Source of the DNA: an uncultured Myxococcales bacterium
Lineage (GTDB): Bacteria; Myxococcota_A; Polyangia; Fen-1088
Assembly: GCA_937889515.1 (NCBI GenBank)
Contig: CALAOV010000136.1
Location: forward strand, 1,061 to 65,060
Length of the DNA stretch: 64,000 nt
Reading direction: 5' to 3'
Under the pieces are notes generated by a model. That model was not told the origin of the DNA, did no database searches, and was given only the letters and a program-made list of their open reading frames with translations. Positions within the stretch are counted from its first letter, which is position 1. Each line of letters opens with the position of its first letter. Below are positions 27,852 to 36,649 of this stretch, in pieces. The translations under genes and the position numbers were made by a program.

Positions 27852-28822
27852 TTCTTGAAGTCGGGGTTGAGCAGCGCCTGCGCCGCCGGCGAAGTCATGT
27901 TCTCGCGGGTGATGAGCGTTGCGCCGGTGTCGATGCGCCTCTCCACCGGCTTACCCTGCAGGTGGTCGACCATCGCACTGACCGCCAGATAACCCATCTT
28001 GATCGGATCCTGCACCACCGTCGCGTTCAGGTGCCCCTTGGCCATGGCGTCCACCAGCTTGGGGGAGCTGTCGAACCCCACGAAGGCCACCTTGCCGGCG
28101 AAGCCGTCGTCCTCGAGCGCACGCAGCATGCCGAAGGCGGTCGACTCGTTGGGGCAGAAGATCCCCTGCACGGTCAGCGCGCCGTCGGATCCCTTGTGGG
28201 CGGTCAAGAGGTTCTCGCTGACCTTGAACGCGCTCTCCGTCGTGACGCCCCCGTACTGGTTGGAGCCGACCACCTCGATCCCCGGGACCGCGGCGATGGC
28301 GTCCAGGAATCCCTTCTCGCGTTCCGCCGTGCTCGCCGACCCTTCGGCGTAGCGGAGCATCATCACCTTGCCCTTGCCGCCCAGCAGCTTGGCCAGGTAC
28401 TCGCCCGCCAGCTGGCCGCCGCGGTGGTTGTCGGTGGCGACGAAGCTGACGATCTGGTCGGTCTTGATCTGCGAGTCGAAGGCGACCACGGGGATGCCGG
28501 CGCGGACCGCGTCGGTCACCACCGGCACCAGCGCGGCGTCGTCCAGCGGCGCCAGCACGATCCCCTTCACCCGCATGTTGATGAAGTTTTCGACCACCTG
28601 GGTCTGGTCCTCGCGGTCGTCCTCGCGCAGCGGGCCTTTCCAGATGACGTTTACCCCCAGCTCCTGCGAGGCCTTCTCGGCGCCGGCGTGCACCGACTTC
28701 CAGAACTCGTGCGTCGTCCCCTTGGGGATCACGGCGATGGCGTCGGTCGTTCGCTTCTTGCAACCCGCCCCGGCGCACAGGCCGAGCGCCAGCACGGCGA
28801 TACACGCGAGGCCTCGTTTCAT
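27836..28822 (-). CDS. Monosaccharide ABC transporter periplasmic substrate-binding lipoprotein
   Basis: The start is MKRGLACIAVLALGLCAGAGC, which carries a lipobox. It has the fold of a ribose/galactose-type SBP. The 636-aa version in the ORF track is an upstream extension. Confidence 0.8.
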   Translation of the reverse strand: MKRGLACIAVLALGLCAGAGCKKRTTDAIAVIPKGTTHEFWKSVHAGAEKASQELGVNVIWKGPLREDDREDQTQVVENFINMRVKGIVLAPLDDAALVPVVTDAVRAGIPVVAFDSQIKTDQIVSFVATDNHRGGQLAGEYLAKLLGGKGKVMMLRYAEGSASTAEREKGFLDAIAAVPGIEVVGSNQYGGVTTESAFKVSENLLTAHKGSDGALTVQGIFCPNESTAFGMLRALEDDGFAGKVAFVGFDSSPKLVDAMAKGHLNATVVQDPIKMGYLAVSAMVDHLQGKPVERRIDTGATLITRENMTSPAAQALLNPDFKKWLKE

Positions 28823-28897
28823 CGAGGCGGATAATAGGAGGTCCGCGAATTTCTGGACATGCCGATTTTCTCGGCGGCGTGCTAGAGAGGATCGGCT

Positions 28898-30070
28898 GTG
28901 GGCTCGGCCAACCGTTTTGGCGACGACCTCGACTTCCTGCAACGCCACACCGAGACGGTGGTGCTGTCGGAAGATGGCGGCGAGGCTCGCGTGGCGCTCT
29001 GTCCGGCGCTGCAGGGGCGCGTCGCGACCAGCACCACCGCGGGTCCCGCGGGACCGAGCTTCGGCTGGCTCAACCGCGAGCTGATCGGATCGCGGAAACG
29101 GGTCCCGCACATGAACATCTACGGCGGCGAGGATCGGTTCTGGCTGGGGCCCGAGGGCGGGCAGTTCGCGCTGTTCTTCGCGCCCGGCGCGCCGCAGGAT
29201 CTCGCGCACTGGCAGACGCCAGCCCCGATCGACGCCCAGCCGTTCACGCTGGTCGACAAAGCGCAGGACCGCGCCCTGCTTCGCAAGACGATGCGCCTCA
29301 CCAACGCGTCGGGCACGGTGTTCGACCTCGAGGTCGAGCGCGAGGTGCGGCTGTATCCCGCGGAGCGGACGTGGAACGAGGTGGGCGTGGCCCCGAGCCG
29401 TCGGGTCGCCGTCGTCGGGTTCGAGTCGCGCAACCGCATCACCAACCGGGACGCCGCGCCCTGGCGGTTCGACACCGGGCTCATCTCCATCTGGATCGCC
29501 GGCACCTTCTCGCCATCGCCGTCGACGATCGTCGTCGTGCCGTTCCGCCCGGGGCCGGATTCCGAGCTCGGCCCAGTGGTGAACGACCAGTACTTCGGCC
29601 GTCTGCCGCCCGATCGACTGGCCGTCAACGGGAGCACGATCTATTTCCGCGGCGACGGCCAGCGGCGCAGCAAGATCGGCGTCTCGCCCCGCCGCGCCCG
29701 GCCCGTCCTGGGAAGCTACGCCGCCAGCAACGATGCGGACGGCCACCTGCTGACGCTGGTGAACTACACGCAGCCCGCCGGAGCGCTCGACTACGTGAAT
29801 TCGCTCTGGGAGCGGCAGGACGCGCCCTACAAGGGCGACGCGATCAATAGTTACAACGATGGCCCGGCCGCGCCGGGTGCTGCACCCTTCGGCCCCTTCT
29901 ACGAGCTCGAGACGTCATCGCCCGCGCTGGCGCTCGTGCCCGGCGAATCGGCCGAGCACGTCCACCGCACGCTGCACTTCGTCGGCGCACCCGAGGACCT
30001 CGACGCCTTGGCGCGCGCGTCGCTCGGCGTCGGGATCGCCGACATCACCTCCGGCTTTGCGCCCGCATGA
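28898..30070 (+). CDS. Conserved hypothetical cytoplasmic protein, first gene of the L-fucose catabolic operon (function unassigned)
   Basis: It is 390 aa with no signal peptide. Its stop overlaps the amidohydrolase start. No family was recognised. It contains the segment NIYGGEDRFWLGPEGGQFALFF. Confidence 0.5.
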   Translation: MGSANRFGDDLDFLQRHTETVVLSEDGGEARVALCPALQGRVATSTTAGPAGPSFGWLNRELIGSRKRVPHMNIYGGEDRFWLGPEGGQFALFFAPGAPQDLAHWQTPAPIDAQPFTLVDKAQDRALLRKTMRLTNASGTVFDLEVEREVRLYPAERTWNEVGVAPSRRVAVVGFESRNRITNRDAAPWRFDTGLISIWIAGTFSPSPSTIVVVPFRPGPDSELGPVVNDQYFGRLPPDRLAVNGSTIYFRGDGQRRSKIGVSPRRARPVLGSYAASNDADGHLLTLVNYTQPAGALDYVNSLWERQDAPYKGDAINSYNDGPAAPGAAPFGPFYELETSSPALALVPGESAEHVHRTLHFVGAPEDLDALARASLGVGIADITSGFAPA

Positions 30071-30939
30071 CCAGCGAGATCCCCAGCTTCGTCGATGCGC
30101 ATGTCCACTTCTGGGACGCGGCACGCTTGCCTTATCCGTGGCTGGCGGCGGTGCCGGCCATCGCCGGCCCGCATACGCCGATCGAGCTGGCCACCGAGGC
30201 CGGCGCGCGGCTGCCGGCCGCGATCGTGTTTGTCGAGTCGGCGGTCGATCCGACGCGGGCGCGCGACGAAGTCCGCTGGGTCGAGACGCTGGCGACCGGC
30301 GAACCTCGGATCGCCGCCATCGTCGCGCAGGTGGCGGTCGACCGCGGCGGCGAGACCGAGGCGGCTCTGACGGCGCTCGCCGGCCAGGCGCGCGTGCGTG
30401 GCATCCGCCACAACATTCAGGATTGTCCCGAGCCCGATGCCTGCGTGCGCCCCGCGTTCGTCGCCGGCGTGCGAGGCGTGGGCGAGCGGGGCTGGACCTT
30501 CGATCTCTGCGTCAAGCCGCCGCAGCTCCCGGCCTGTATCGAGCTCGTGCGCGCCTGCCCGGGAACGTCGTTCGTTCTCGATCACGCCGGCAAGCCGGAC
30601 ATCCGGCGCGGGGCGCTGGATCCCTGGCGCACCCACATCGCGGAGCTGGCGCGCCTGCCCAACGTCGTCTGCAAGCTTTCGGGGCTGGTGACCGAGGCCG
30701 ATGCGGCGACCCGGACGCCGGCGGCGCTGCGCCCCTACGTCGATCATCTGCTGGCCTGTTTCGGGGCCGAGCGGCTGCTGTTCGGCAGCGACTGGCCCGT
30801 GGTCAACCTGGCGGCCAGCTACGGTCGTTGGCTCGAAACGGCGCTCGAGTTGCTCGAGCCTCTCTCGGCGGGCGAGCGCGCCGCCGTCATGGGCGACAAC
30901 ACGCGCCGAATCTACGGTCTCACCAGGGGGATGTCATGA
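30067..30939 (+). CDS. Amidohydrolase-2 family protein (L-fuconolactonase-like)
   Basis: FVDAHVHFWD is a metal-binding HxH motif. The gene sits in the operon context. Confidence 0.75.
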   Translation: MTSEIPSFVDAHVHFWDAARLPYPWLAAVPAIAGPHTPIELATEAGARLPAAIVFVESAVDPTRARDEVRWVETLATGEPRIAAIVAQVAVDRGGETEAALTALAGQARVRGIRHNIQDCPEPDACVRPAFVAGVRGVGERGWTFDLCVKPPQLPACIELVRACPGTSFVLDHAGKPDIRRGALDPWRTHIAELARLPNVVCKLSGLVTEADAATRTPAALRPYVDHLLACFGAERLLFGSDWPVVNLAASYGRWLETALELLEPLSAGERAAVMGDNTRRIYGLTRGMS

Positions 30940-31700
30940 CCACGCCGTTTCGACTCGACGGAAAGCATGCGGTGGTGACCGGCGCCGGCTCCGGCATCGG
31001 CCAGGCCATCGCGGAGCTGTTCGCGGCGCAGGGGGCGTCGGTGTTCGTGGTGGATCGCGACGAGCGGGCGGGCCTCGCCACCGTCGACGGGATCCGGGCC
31101 GCGGCGGGTCGCGCCGAGCTGGCGGTGGTCGACGTGGCGGACGAGGGCGCCGTGCTGGGGCTGGCGCGCGCTCTGCCGCCCGTCGAGATCCTGTCCGCCA
31201 ACGCCGGCATCGGTCACGTGGGCGATCTCTCGAACACCGCGGCCGCCGATCTCGACCGGCTGTATGCGGTCAACGTGCGGGGCGTCTTCAACTGCTGCAA
31301 GGCGTTTGCGCCGGGCATGATCGAACGCCGCCGAGGCAGCGTCATCAACATGGCCTCCATCGGCGGCATCGTGGCGGTGCGGCTGCGGCTGGCCTACACC
31401 ACCACCAAGTTTGCTGTGGTGGGCCTCACCAAGTCGCTGGCCCTCGACCATTCGCACACCGGCGTCCGGTTCAACTGCATCTGTCCCGGCCGCGTGGAGA
31501 CGCCGTTCGCCATGCAGCGGATCGCCGAGTCGCCCGATCCCGCGCAGGCCTATCGCGACATGGCGGGGACTCAGCTCACGGGACGGATGGCCAAGCCGGC
31601 GGAGATCGCCGCCGCCGCGCTCTACCTCGCCGCCGACGAGTCGGCCATGGTGACGGGGAGCAGCCTCATGATCGACGGCGGCTGGAGCGCTGGAAAATGA
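30936..31700 (+). CDS. SDR-family dehydrogenase (candidate 2-keto-3-deoxy-L-fuconate dehydrogenase)
   Basis: The Rossmann motif is TGAGSGIGQA. The catalytic residues are S..Y..K (MASIGG...YTTTK). It overlaps both neighbouring genes. Confidence 0.8.
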   Translation: MTTPFRLDGKHAVVTGAGSGIGQAIAELFAAQGASVFVVDRDERAGLATVDGIRAAAGRAELAVVDVADEGAVLGLARALPPVEILSANAGIGHVGDLSNTAAADLDRLYAVNVRGVFNCCKAFAPGMIERRRGSVINMASIGGIVAVRLRLAYTTTKFAVVGLTKSLALDHSHTGVRFNCICPGRVETPFAMQRIAESPDPAQAYRDMAGTQLTGRMAKPAEIAAAALYLAADESAMVTGSSLMIDGGWSAGK

Positions 31701-33055
31701 AACCGCGGAGCGAGAGCAAGAGCCAGAGCGAGAGCGACGGCGCGATCACCAGCTTGCGCGTCGTCGACGTGCGCTTTCCGACGTCGCGGCAGCTCGACGG
31801 GTCGGACGCCATGAACCCGGATCCGGACTACTCGGCAGCGTACGTGATCGTCGGGACCGATCGGGGCGACGGCCTCGAAGGGCACGGGCTCACCTTCACC
31901 ATCGGCCGCGGCACCGAGGTGGTGGTGGCGGGGATAAACGCGATCCGACCGTTGCTGCTCGGCCAACCTCTCGCCGCGTTCATCGAGGCGCCGGGCGCCT
32001 TCGTGGCGCAGCTCACCACCGGCGACAGCCAGCTTCGCTGGCTCGGTCCGGAGAAGGGGGTCATGCAGCTCGCCAATGCGGCGGTCGTGAACGCGCTGTG
32101 GGATCTGTGGGCGAAGATCGCCGGTAAGCCGCTGTGGAAGCTGCTTGCCGACATGAGCCCCGCCCAGATCGTCGAGCTGGTCGACTGGCGGTACCTGTCG
32201 GACGCGCTCACCCCCGACGAGGCCCGCCGCTCGCTCGACCGCCTGGTGCCCACCCGCGCCGCGCGCGAGGCCGAGCTGCGCGAGGTCGGCTACCCCGCGT
32301 ACACCACCTCGGTCGGATGGCTCGGTTACCCCGACGACAAGATCCGGCGCCTCTGCCGGGAGGCGCTCGACGCCGGCTTCACGCGCTTCAAGATCAAGGT
32401 GGGCGCCAACCGCGACGACGATGTCCGTCGCGCCGCGCTGGTGCGACAGGAGATCGGCCCCGACGGCGTTCTCATGATCGACGCCAATCAACGCTGGGAC
32501 GTGGGCCCGGCCATCGAGTGGGTGACCGCCCTGGCGCCCTCGAAGCCGCTCTGGATCGAAGAGCCGACCAGCCCCGACGACATCCTGGGGCACGCCGCGA
32601 TCGCCCGCGCGCTGGAGCCGCTCGGCATCGGCGTGGCCACCGGCGAGATGGTCTCGAACCGGGTGGTGTGGAAGCAGCTGCTGGCGGCGCGCGCGGTTTC
32701 GTTCTGCCAGCTCGACTTCTGCCGGATGGCCGGCGTCAACGAGATGGTGGCGACGCTGCTGCTCGCGGCGCGCTTCGGCGTCCCGGTCTGCCCCCACGCC
32801 GGCGGCGTCGGCCTCTGCGAATACGTGCAGCACGCGTCGATGTTCGACTATGTCGCGGTCAGTGCCGGGCTCGAGCGGCGGTCCATCGAATATGTCGATC
32901 ACCTGCACGAGCACTTCGTCGACCCTTGCGTGATCCGTAGCGGGTGCTATCAGGTTCCGACGGCGGCCGGGACCGGCATCACCATGAAACGCAGCTCGCT
33001 GGAGGCCTACAGCCATCCCGGCGGGTCGATCTGGAAGGAGATTCTCGCGACATGA
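31697..33055 (+). CDS. Enolase-superfamily dehydratase, L-fuconate dehydratase-like
   Basis: It is a 452-aa mandelate racemase/muconate-lactonizing-enzyme-type protein (KIKVG, IDANQRWD, EEP). Its size and context match FucD. Confidence 0.8.
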   Translation: MKPRSESKSQSESDGAITSLRVVDVRFPTSRQLDGSDAMNPDPDYSAAYVIVGTDRGDGLEGHGLTFTIGRGTEVVVAGINAIRPLLLGQPLAAFIEAPGAFVAQLTTGDSQLRWLGPEKGVMQLANAAVVNALWDLWAKIAGKPLWKLLADMSPAQIVELVDWRYLSDALTPDEARRSLDRLVPTRAAREAELREVGYPAYTTSVGWLGYPDDKIRRLCREALDAGFTRFKIKVGANRDDDVRRAALVRQEIGPDGVLMIDANQRWDVGPAIEWVTALAPSKPLWIEEPTSPDDILGHAAIARALEPLGIGVATGEMVSNRVVWKQLLAARAVSFCQLDFCRMAGVNEMVATLLLAARFGVPVCPHAGGVGLCEYVQHASMFDYVAVSAGLERRSIEYVDHLHEHFVDPCVIRSGCYQVPTAAGTGITMKRSSLEAYSHPGGSIWKEILAT

Positions 33056-33852
33056 AAATCGTTCGTTATCTCGACGGCGCGGGACGCGCGCACCACGGAA
33101 CCGAGGCGGACGGCCGCGTCCTGCAGATCGAAGGCGACATCTTCGGCGACCACGCGGTCACCAAGAAGACCGCCGAGGTCGCGCGCTTGCTGGCGCCGGT
33201 CGAGCCGAAGCAATTTCTTGGCATCGGCCTGAACTATCGACGCCACGCCGAGGAGACCAACGCCAAGATCCCCGAGTACCCGATCCTGTTCATGAAAGGC
33301 GTGAACGCCGTTGCCGATCCGGGCGGGCCGATCGTGATTCCGGGCCACCTGCCGAGCACCGAGGTCGACTACGAGTGCGAGCTGGCCGTCGTGATCGGAC
33401 GCGCGTGCAAGAACGTGTCACGGGAGCGGGCGCTCGACTACGTGCTCGGCTACACCTGCGCCAACGACGTCTCGGCCCGCGACTGGCAGATCCGCAACGG
33501 CAGCGGTCAGTGGTGCCGCGGCAAGACCTTCGACACCTTCGCGCCGCTCGGCCCTTGTCTCGTCACGCCCGACGAGATCCCCAATCCCAACGCGCTCAAG
33601 ATCGCCACCATCCTCAACGGCGAGCGCGTTCAGGATTGGACCACTTCCGACATGATCTTCGACGTGCCGCGCCTCATCGAGTTTCTGAGCGGCAGCACCA
33701 CGCTGGTGCCGGGCACCGTCATCTTGACCGGAACGCCCCACGGCGTCGGCATGGCCCGAAAGCCGCCCCGCTGGCTCAAGCCCGGCGACGTCGTCACCGT
33801 CGAGATCGAGGGGATCGGCCAGCTCACGAACCCGGTCGTCGCCGAGACGTGA
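33052..33852 (+). CDS. Fumarylacetoacetate hydrolase (FAH) family protein, 2,4-diketo-3-deoxy-L-fuconate hydrolase-like
   Basis: The motifs are GLNYRRHAEE and ECELAVVIG. Confidence 0.8.
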   Translation: MKIVRYLDGAGRAHHGTEADGRVLQIEGDIFGDHAVTKKTAEVARLLAPVEPKQFLGIGLNYRRHAEETNAKIPEYPILFMKGVNAVADPGGPIVIPGHLPSTEVDYECELAVVIGRACKNVSRERALDYVLGYTCANDVSARDWQIRNGSGQWCRGKTFDTFAPLGPCLVTPDEIPNPNALKIATILNGERVQDWTTSDMIFDVPRLIEFLSGSTTLVPGTVILTGTPHGVGMARKPPRWLKPGDVVTVEIEGIGQLTNPVVAET

Positions 33853-34063
33853 CATCCCGGGCGCGCGAGCGCCTGGCCCGCAGGGCGACCAGCAGCATCG
33901 CCGCGCCGAACGCCAGGAGCACGAGCCCCCAGTCGAGGTTGACGTTGATACCGAGCGAGTGCTCCGCGTAGATCCCCGGATCTGAGACGAGCCCGAAGCC
34001 GGCGAGCAACACGCCGAAGACCGAGAACATCAGGCCGATGGGCAACCGTACGTCGAGATCCAT
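33824..34063 (-). CDS. Small two-TM membrane protein downstream of the symporter gene
   Basis: It is 79 aa with two hydrophobic helices. It may be a small partner of the SSS transporter. Confidence 0.35.
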   Translation of the reverse strand: MDLDVRLPIGLMFSVFGVLLAGFGLVSDPGIYAEHSLGINVNLDWGLVLLAFGAAMLLVALRARRSRARDVTSRRRPGS

Positions 34064-34074
34064 GCGCGGTCACC

Positions 34075-35798
34075 TCACCAAAAGACGATGTTCAAGACCA
34101 GCGTCAGCGTCAACACCAGCAGACCGAGGATCGCCGGCCGCTTGTACCAGGCCACGTCGTCTTCCTTCGGTCGGGGCGTCAACGCGTAGACCAGGCCGGC
34201 CAGCTCCCCGTCGGATTTGCGCTGTCTGGTGGCGAGCGAAACGCCCACGGTGGCGATGAAGCAGGCGGAAAAAGCCCAGATCGCGGTCCAGAAGTTCTGC
34301 GCCATCTCGCTCGGATACTGGTGCAGCCCGGGGCCGAGAATCGACAACCAGCCGCCCTTGATTCCCACTTCGGCACCCGCCGCTAACGACAACCGTGGTG
34401 GGCGGCGGCGGCGGCGGTGCCGGCCAGAAGGCCGAAAAAGGCGCCATGTCCCGTCGTCCGCCGCCAGAACATCCCGAGCAGGAAGGTCGCGAACAGCGGC
34501 GCGTTCACAAAGGCGAACACCAGCTGCAGGACGTCCATGATGTTGTTGAACTTCGCCGCCGTGTAGGCACAGGCGATGCTCGCGGCGATCCCCGCGATCG
34601 TCGCGGCGCGCCCCACGGCCAGATAGTGGGCATCGCTGGCCTTCGGGCGGATGTACGCCTGATAGATGTCGTAGGTCCAGACGGTGTTGAAGGCGGTGAC
34701 GTTGCCCGCCATCCCCGACATGAACGAGGCAATCAGCGCCGTCAGCCCCAGACCCAGCAGGCCACTCGGGAAGTAGTGGGCGAGCATGGCCGGCACGACC
34801 ATGTCGTAGTTGAGGCTGCCGCCGTTGCTCGGAAGCGAGAAGTGCGCGCCGCCGCCCGCGTCGGTGGTCAGCGCGATGGCCAGCATTCCCGGCAGGATGA
34901 CCAGGAACGGGAACAGCATCTTGGGGAACGCGGCGATGATCGGCGTCCGCCGGGCCGCGCTCATGTCTTTGGCCGCCATGGCGCGCTGGACGACCAGGAA
35001 GTCGGTGCACCAGTAGCCAAACGACAGGACGAAGCCGAGACCCATGGCGAGCCCGAACCATTCGACGCCCATCGGGTTCGATTGCGCCGATCCGGCGAAT
35101 TTCCACGAGTGTGACCAGGCGCCCTCGGGCATTCCGTTGCGCGTGGCCACGACCGCCAGTCGGCTGGTGAGGCCAGACCAGCCGCCGACCTGCTTGAGAC
35201 CGAGCAGCACGAGCGGCAAGAAGCCGAACACGATCAGGAAGAACTGCAGAACCTCGTTGTAGATGGCGGAGCGCAGGCCGCCGGTGAAGGTGTAGACAAA
35301 CACGATCGCGCCCGAAGCGGCGATGCACAGATGCAGGTTCCAGCCCAGGATGGCGCGCAGCAGGGTCGCGAGCGCGTACATCGATATCCCCGAGGACATG
35401 ACGGTCATGCCGGCGAACGTCACGGCGTTGAGCCCGCGCGTCTTCTCGTCGAAACGCAGCTTGAGGTACTCGGGAACCGAGCGCGCCTTCGAGCCGTAGT
35501 AGAACGGCATCATGAAGACGGCCACGAACACCATGGCCGGGATGGCGCCCAGCCAATAGAAGTGGCTGGTCATGATCCCGTACTTCGCCCCGGAAGCCGC
35601 CATCCCCATCACTTCCTGCGCGCCGAGATTGGCGCCGATGAACCCGAGCGCGCAGATCCAGGCCGGCAGGGCCCGCCCCGACTCGAAGAAGTCCTTCGTC
35701 CCGCTGACGCCCTTCTTCACCACGAAGCCGATGCCGAGGACGAACGCGAAGTACACGATCAGCAGGCAGTAATCGATGACGCCGAGGTGTATGAGCAT
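34075..35798 (-). pseudogene. Sodium:solute symporter (SSS family) gene with a -1 frameshift near 34390-34395
   Basis: The N-terminal 470 aa (MLIHLGVIDYCLL...LAGTAAAAAHHG) lie in one frame. The C-terminal helix and tail (LSLAAGAEVGIKGGWL...LNIVFW*) lie in another. Restoring one T in GGTTG would join them. This could be a sequencing error. Confidence 0.6.
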
Positions 35799-35875
35799 CG
35801 GATTCTGGTTGCGGCGCGAATTTACTACGCATGGCGGCACGCAGCGGATACGATTTGCGGAAAGGTGAGGGCCCG

Positions 35876-36388
35876 ATGTCGTTTCATTTTGCTTATCCAA
35901 CAGTCATCCTCTGCGGCTTGGCCTGGCTCGGGTGCGCGAGCGTCCCGCTGGGCGCCACGACCGAGGAGCTCGCGCGGGCGCGCGACCAGACCGCACAGGG
36001 CGGGACGGTATTCGCGAACGAGTGCGCGAGCTGCCACGGCCAGCGCGGCGAAGGACTCGCGAACGCTGGGGCGATCCTGGGGCCGGCTGCCCTGCCCGAG
36101 TATCCGCGGAGCGAAGGCGTGGGCGACCCGACGGTCACCGACCCTCAGCTGATCCAGATCCAGGCGCAGTCGCGGCCCGCGGGTGCGGCCTGGCGGGACC
36201 CGTTTCGAAACGCCCAGGATCTGTACACCTTCACGACCACCCATCTGCCCAAATCTCATGCGAGCGCGCTCAAGGATGGCGACTACTGGGCCGTGGTGAG
36301 CTTCCTGCTCGCGGCACAGGGAGCGAGCTTGCCACAGGGCGGCATCGGGCCCACCAATGCGGCCTCGATACCAATTCCCAAGCGCTAA
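35876..36388 (+). CDS. c-type cytochrome lipoprotein
   Basis: The signal peptide with lipobox is CGLAWLGC. The heme-binding motif is CASCHG. Confidence 0.6.
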   Translation: MSFHFAYPTVILCGLAWLGCASVPLGATTEELARARDQTAQGGTVFANECASCHGQRGEGLANAGAILGPAALPEYPRSEGVGDPTVTDPQLIQIQAQSRPAGAAWRDPFRNAQDLYTFTTTHLPKSHASALKDGDYWAVVSFLLAAQGASLPQGGIGPTNAASIPIPKR

Positions 36389-36649
36389 CGGCGACTTGGG
36401 ATAGATGCCTCTGCGCGATCCTGTGGCGCCGGGGCGCTTCTGTCCCGGGCGCAATATTATTCGGAACGGCGAGAATGGTTTTGTTCGGCTTGGCGACGAT
36501 GTTATGAGAAGTTCCGGTTGCCTCAAGACACTAAAGAACAATTACCCCTTTCCGCCTTTGAGACTTGAACCTTCCCACTCCGGTATTCGTCTTCGATTCG
36601 CGCGGCTGGCCCGGCAAGCCCGCCTCCGGGTCGCTCCTTGACGGTTCGT

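Noticed and set aside
27951-28805. 284-aa alternative-frame ORF inside the substrate-binding protein gene, and the 636-aa extended version (27836-29746)
   Set aside because: The SBP has a clean lipoprotein start at 28822. The upstream extension and alternative frame are Arg/Gly-rich artefacts.
34070-35114. ORFs 34070-34447(-), 34395-35114(+) and the 585-aa frame 34075-35832(-) overlapping the symporter
   Set aside because: Only the last ~95 codons of the 585-aa frame are genuine (the symporter C-terminus after the frameshift). The rest are out-of-frame readings.
36541-36649. Possible small RNA or tRNA in the lower-GC leader before the porin-like operon
   Set aside because: No cloverleaf-compatible stems or conserved tRNA loops could be found. 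It was treated as a promoter/5'-UTR region only.
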